From Pseudomonadota bacterium (GTDB taxonomy: Bacteria; Bdellovibrionota; FAC87; UBA2466), in assembly GCA_043718025.1 (NCBI GenBank), contig JAYSWN010000063.1, positions 1 through 37,002 of the forward strand: 37,002 bases of DNA. The letters run 5' to 3'. Position 1 is the first letter of the stretch. Every line of letters starts with the position of its first letter. Shown one piece after another: positions 34,636 to 37,002 of the stretch. The translations under genes were made by a program, and so were the position numbers. Below the pieces are notes generated by a model. The model saw only the letters and a program-made list of their open reading frames with translations, made no database searches and had not been told where the DNA came from.

Positions 34636-36697
34636 AAAACCGAATGCGGCGGCAGCCAATCAGGACGAAGCGCTGGAGATACCCGACGCGAGTACCTTAG
34701 ATGCGTTAGAGGCGACGGTTATTGCCGATACAGCTCAATTGGCGAGAGCCGCCGAGGCCACCAAACCAACCCCCAGCGGCAAACCTGCGCGTGCTCCAAA
34801 ACAGACCGCCGCCGAGAAGGCTGCGGCAGTTAAAGACGATAAAATCGCCAAAGCGGCCAAAGCCGCAAAAATTGCCAAGGCCCCCAAACTCCCCTGGCGC
34901 AACCGCATCAGTCTATCGGCATTCGTGTCCTACATTGTGCTCGGTTCCATCTTTCTGGTTTGCGGGGGGTTGGGGTGGTACGCATTGCGCACCCTTTACG
35001 ACAATAAGCTTGTCGATATTTGGGCGATTACGTTTCTCGAACTTGAGGAACAAGGCAACCAAATGCTAAAGAAACTGGGGCAGCATTGGGATGATCACTC
35101 CGATGGATCACGCTCGGCCCTCGCCAAGGGCGCTCAAGAGGGCGTGCTAAAAATCGTGGGCGATACCGGATTTCAAACCGTACGCGGGGCTTTTCCCTAC
35201 GACTTACCGGTTAAATCGCTTCAACTCAAAAACACGACCACCACGGCGCGCTGGAACGTGTGGCAGTACGCAGGAAAGAATTATTTGGCGGTGCGAGTTG
35301 ATGATGCCTGGATTACCAGCCGTTATCGCGACCAGGTCACCCGTGGTGAGTACATGAATCTCATCCCGATTGATTTTTCGCGGTGGTTTGACCACAGCCT
35401 GGCGCCCGACGAAAAGAAGAACACATTTTATCTCGTCACGCGCGAAGGCCGACTCGTATACACCAACCATTCCGACATCAACGCTGGCAATTACATGAAG
35501 CGGCCGCTCATTCAAAAATTTGTTAATAGTCCGATTCGTCAGGGCCAGGTTGATTTCGATGGCGAAGATGGCCCCTCTTACGGCTTCTTTTTTGAAGTTC
35601 CTGACACCAATTTATTGATGTTTGCCGAGACTTCAAAACGAGTGGCGTTGGCCCCCGTGCGCGCCATCGCCTTGAACTACGCTTTGACCATTCTCTTTGT
35701 GCTTGGCGTCGTCGCTTTGGCAATTCAGGTGCCGATTACTAACTACGTGGTCGCCCCCCTTCGCGAACTGGTGCAAATGGCCGACGAAGTCGGCGACGGC
35801 AATTTCGATATCAACGTGCGGCGCCAAGGTTTGGGTGAGCTGTACGTGCTATCGCGCTCTTTTGTCGATATGGCGAAGAATTTGGTAACCCGCGATAAAA
35901 AGATACAAGGCCTACTGGTGGTCCAAGAGGAAAAACTGCGCCTTAACGAAGAGCTCGCGCTAGCTAAGAGCATTCAAGACAATTTTCTTCTTGATCAGAT
36001 TTTACCCGCCGCGGCCGGCATTGAAGTGGCTGCGCAATATACTCCCTGCACGGAGTGCGCCGGTGACTGGTACGGCTATTTTTATGACCCGATTACCGAT
36101 CAATCGGTTTGTGCGGTGGCTGACGTTTCAGGTCATGGCGCAGGATCGGCGATGTTTACGGCCATTATCGCCTCGACTTTTGAAGAGATGAAGATCGCCT
36201 GTTCACTGCGCCGCGAACCTTTCTCCCTCACTGATTTGGCGGACCGGTTGAATCGGCTGTTTCTGCGGTTAGGAAAGGGAAAAATGCACGCAACCTTAGT
36301 TGCCGCACGCTTTCACCGCCCTACTTCTACCCTAAGCGTGGTGAACTGTGGCCACCCTCCGCCGATTTTATTGCCACCGGCTGAAGACGGTCGCAAAGGT
36401 GTTCCGCTGGCGGGTAGCTCCGATGCGCTAGGTTTTAAAGAAGGTTCCATTCCCTATATTAGCGAAGTGGAGTTTACGCCTGGCATGAGTTTGTTCATGT
36501 ACACCGATGGATTGATCGAAGGTCGACCCGATAAAAAACTCTACACCGAACGCCGAATTAACAAAGCGGTTAAGATCCAACCCGGACAAAACATAAATCA
36601 GATGGTGATTAGGGTGTACGAAGACTGGCGAAAATTCCTGGATGGCTTGCCGCCGACGGATGACGTTTGTCTACTGGCAATGCGAGCCACTTCGTGA
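34619..36697 (+). CDS. Membrane sensor Ser/Thr phosphatase: periplasmic Cache-like domain, HAMP, SpoIIE/PP2C
   Basis: Two TM helices, HAMP (PLREL...V.DGNF...EL..L..SF..M) and PP2C motifs GDWY, ADVSGHG, NCGHPPP, YTDG and DD. Overlaps motB by 17 bp. Confidence 0.9.
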   Translation: MTQSNKKPNAAAANQDEALEIPDASTLDALEATVIADTAQLARAAEATKPTPSGKPARAPKQTAAEKAAAVKDDKIAKAAKAAKIAKAPKLPWRNRISLSAFVSYIVLGSIFLVCGGLGWYALRTLYDNKLVDIWAITFLELEEQGNQMLKKLGQHWDDHSDGSRSALAKGAQEGVLKIVGDTGFQTVRGAFPYDLPVKSLQLKNTTTTARWNVWQYAGKNYLAVRVDDAWITSRYRDQVTRGEYMNLIPIDFSRWFDHSLAPDEKKNTFYLVTREGRLVYTNHSDINAGNYMKRPLIQKFVNSPIRQGQVDFDGEDGPSYGFFFEVPDTNLLMFAETSKRVALAPVRAIALNYALTILFVLGVVALAIQVPITNYVVAPLRELVQMADEVGDGNFDINVRRQGLGELYVLSRSFVDMAKNLVTRDKKIQGLLVVQEEKLRLNEELALAKSIQDNFLLDQILPAAAGIEVAAQYTPCTECAGDWYGYFYDPITDQSVCAVADVSGHGAGSAMFTAIIASTFEEMKIACSLRREPFSLTDLADRLNRLFLRLGKGKMHATLVAARFHRPTSTLSVVNCGHPPPILLPPAEDGRKGVPLAGSSDALGFKEGSIPYISEVEFTPGMSLFMYTDGLIEGRPDKKLYTERRINKAVKIQPGQNINQMVIRVYEDWRKFLDGLPPTDDVCLLAMRATS

Positions 36698-37002
36698 AGG
36701 GGCGTTACCAAAAACACTTCTTGATCGTCGCCTTGGTCAGCGCGTCGCTTGCGCTCAGCGCCCCGCCTAGAATGGGAAAAACCGAAGCGGGCGGGCGCCT
36801 CAAAAAATACCGCATCCTCTCCACCGTGGGCCGCGTCACCGCCTGGGAGCCTTGGGCAACGGTCTGGACGGACGTAAACGTCGGCGACGAGCTCTGGGAA
36901 TCTACGCTCGTGCAAATTCATCGCGGCGGAACCTTCTCGTTTGAATTGGCTTCTAAAGAAGCGTTGAAGGGATTGCAGGGTGAGGCCATCCAGGTGAAAC
37001 TG
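36694..37002 (+). CDS. Secreted protein with FecR-like N-terminal domain, 3'-truncated; absent from the supplied ORF track
   Basis: GTG overlaps the PP2C stop (GTGA) and the frame is open to the window end: MKGRYQKHFLIVALVSASLALSA...ILSTVGRVTAWEPWATVWTDVNVGDELWESTLVQI. Confidence 0.6.
   Translation, partial: MKGRYQKHFLIVALVSASLALSAPPRMGKTEAGGRLKKYRILSTVGRVTAWEPWATVWTDVNVGDELWESTLVQIHRGGTFSFELASKEALKGLQGEAIQVKL

Noticed and set aside
34840..34885. Short AAAATCGCCAAAGC/AAAATTGCCAAGGC repeat
   Set aside because: It encodes a low-complexity Lys/Ala linker in the phosphatase; not CRISPR or a mobile-element end.
733..36921. Numerous 60-160 aa ORFs antisense to or out of frame within the long genes (e.g. 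733-999, 9633-10088, 11642-12130, 33870-34301)
   Set aside because: Shadow ORFs overlapping well-supported genes, with no recognisable motifs.
21937..37002. A complete DGR cassette (RT, TR, Avd) in the window
   Set aside because: No ORF has reverse-transcriptase motifs, and no intergenic gap resembles an adenine-rich copy of 21940-22041. Only a possible target is reported.
1..37002. CRISPR arrays, tRNA/rRNA, transposases, integrases, cobalamin riboswitch before nrdJ
   Set aside because: None recognised by eye. The 143-bp gap before nrdJ is short and lacks an evident B12 box. A covariance-model scan was not run.

Overview
Bacterial chromosomal window with three blocks. The lineage is probably Bdellovibrionota or a related deltaproteobacterium-like group, inferred from gene content only. 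(1) 1-8.1 kb, housekeeping: a 5'-truncated DNA methyltransferase, class II ribonucleotide reductase nrdJ with a candidate NrdR box, polA and a DedA protein. (2) 8.3-21.9 kb: a multi-orientation pseudaminic-acid cluster (pseB, C, G, I, SpsF-type pseF, a PseH-MaoC fusion) with tailoring enzymes (aldo-keto reductase, class III aminotransferase, Fe/2OG dioxygenase, methyltransferase), a sialyltransferase-like GT and a polytopic membrane protein. (3) 21.9-37 kb, a divergent module and the best candidate for an undescribed system. The right arm encodes a single protein that appears to fuse a FliF-like ring domain, one TM helix and FliG N/M/C domains, followed by motA, motB, a Cache-HAMP-PP2C phosphatase and a FecR-like protein. 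The left arm encodes a TPR lipoprotein, a small outer-membrane barrel and a 2440-aa lipoprotein with two FGE/C-type-lectin domains, whose C-terminus looks like a DGR variable region. No flagellar export, rod, hook, filament or switch genes are in the window, which suggests a minimal non-flagellar rotary motor linked to a surface adhesin. All family calls come from motif recognition by eye; no searches were run.
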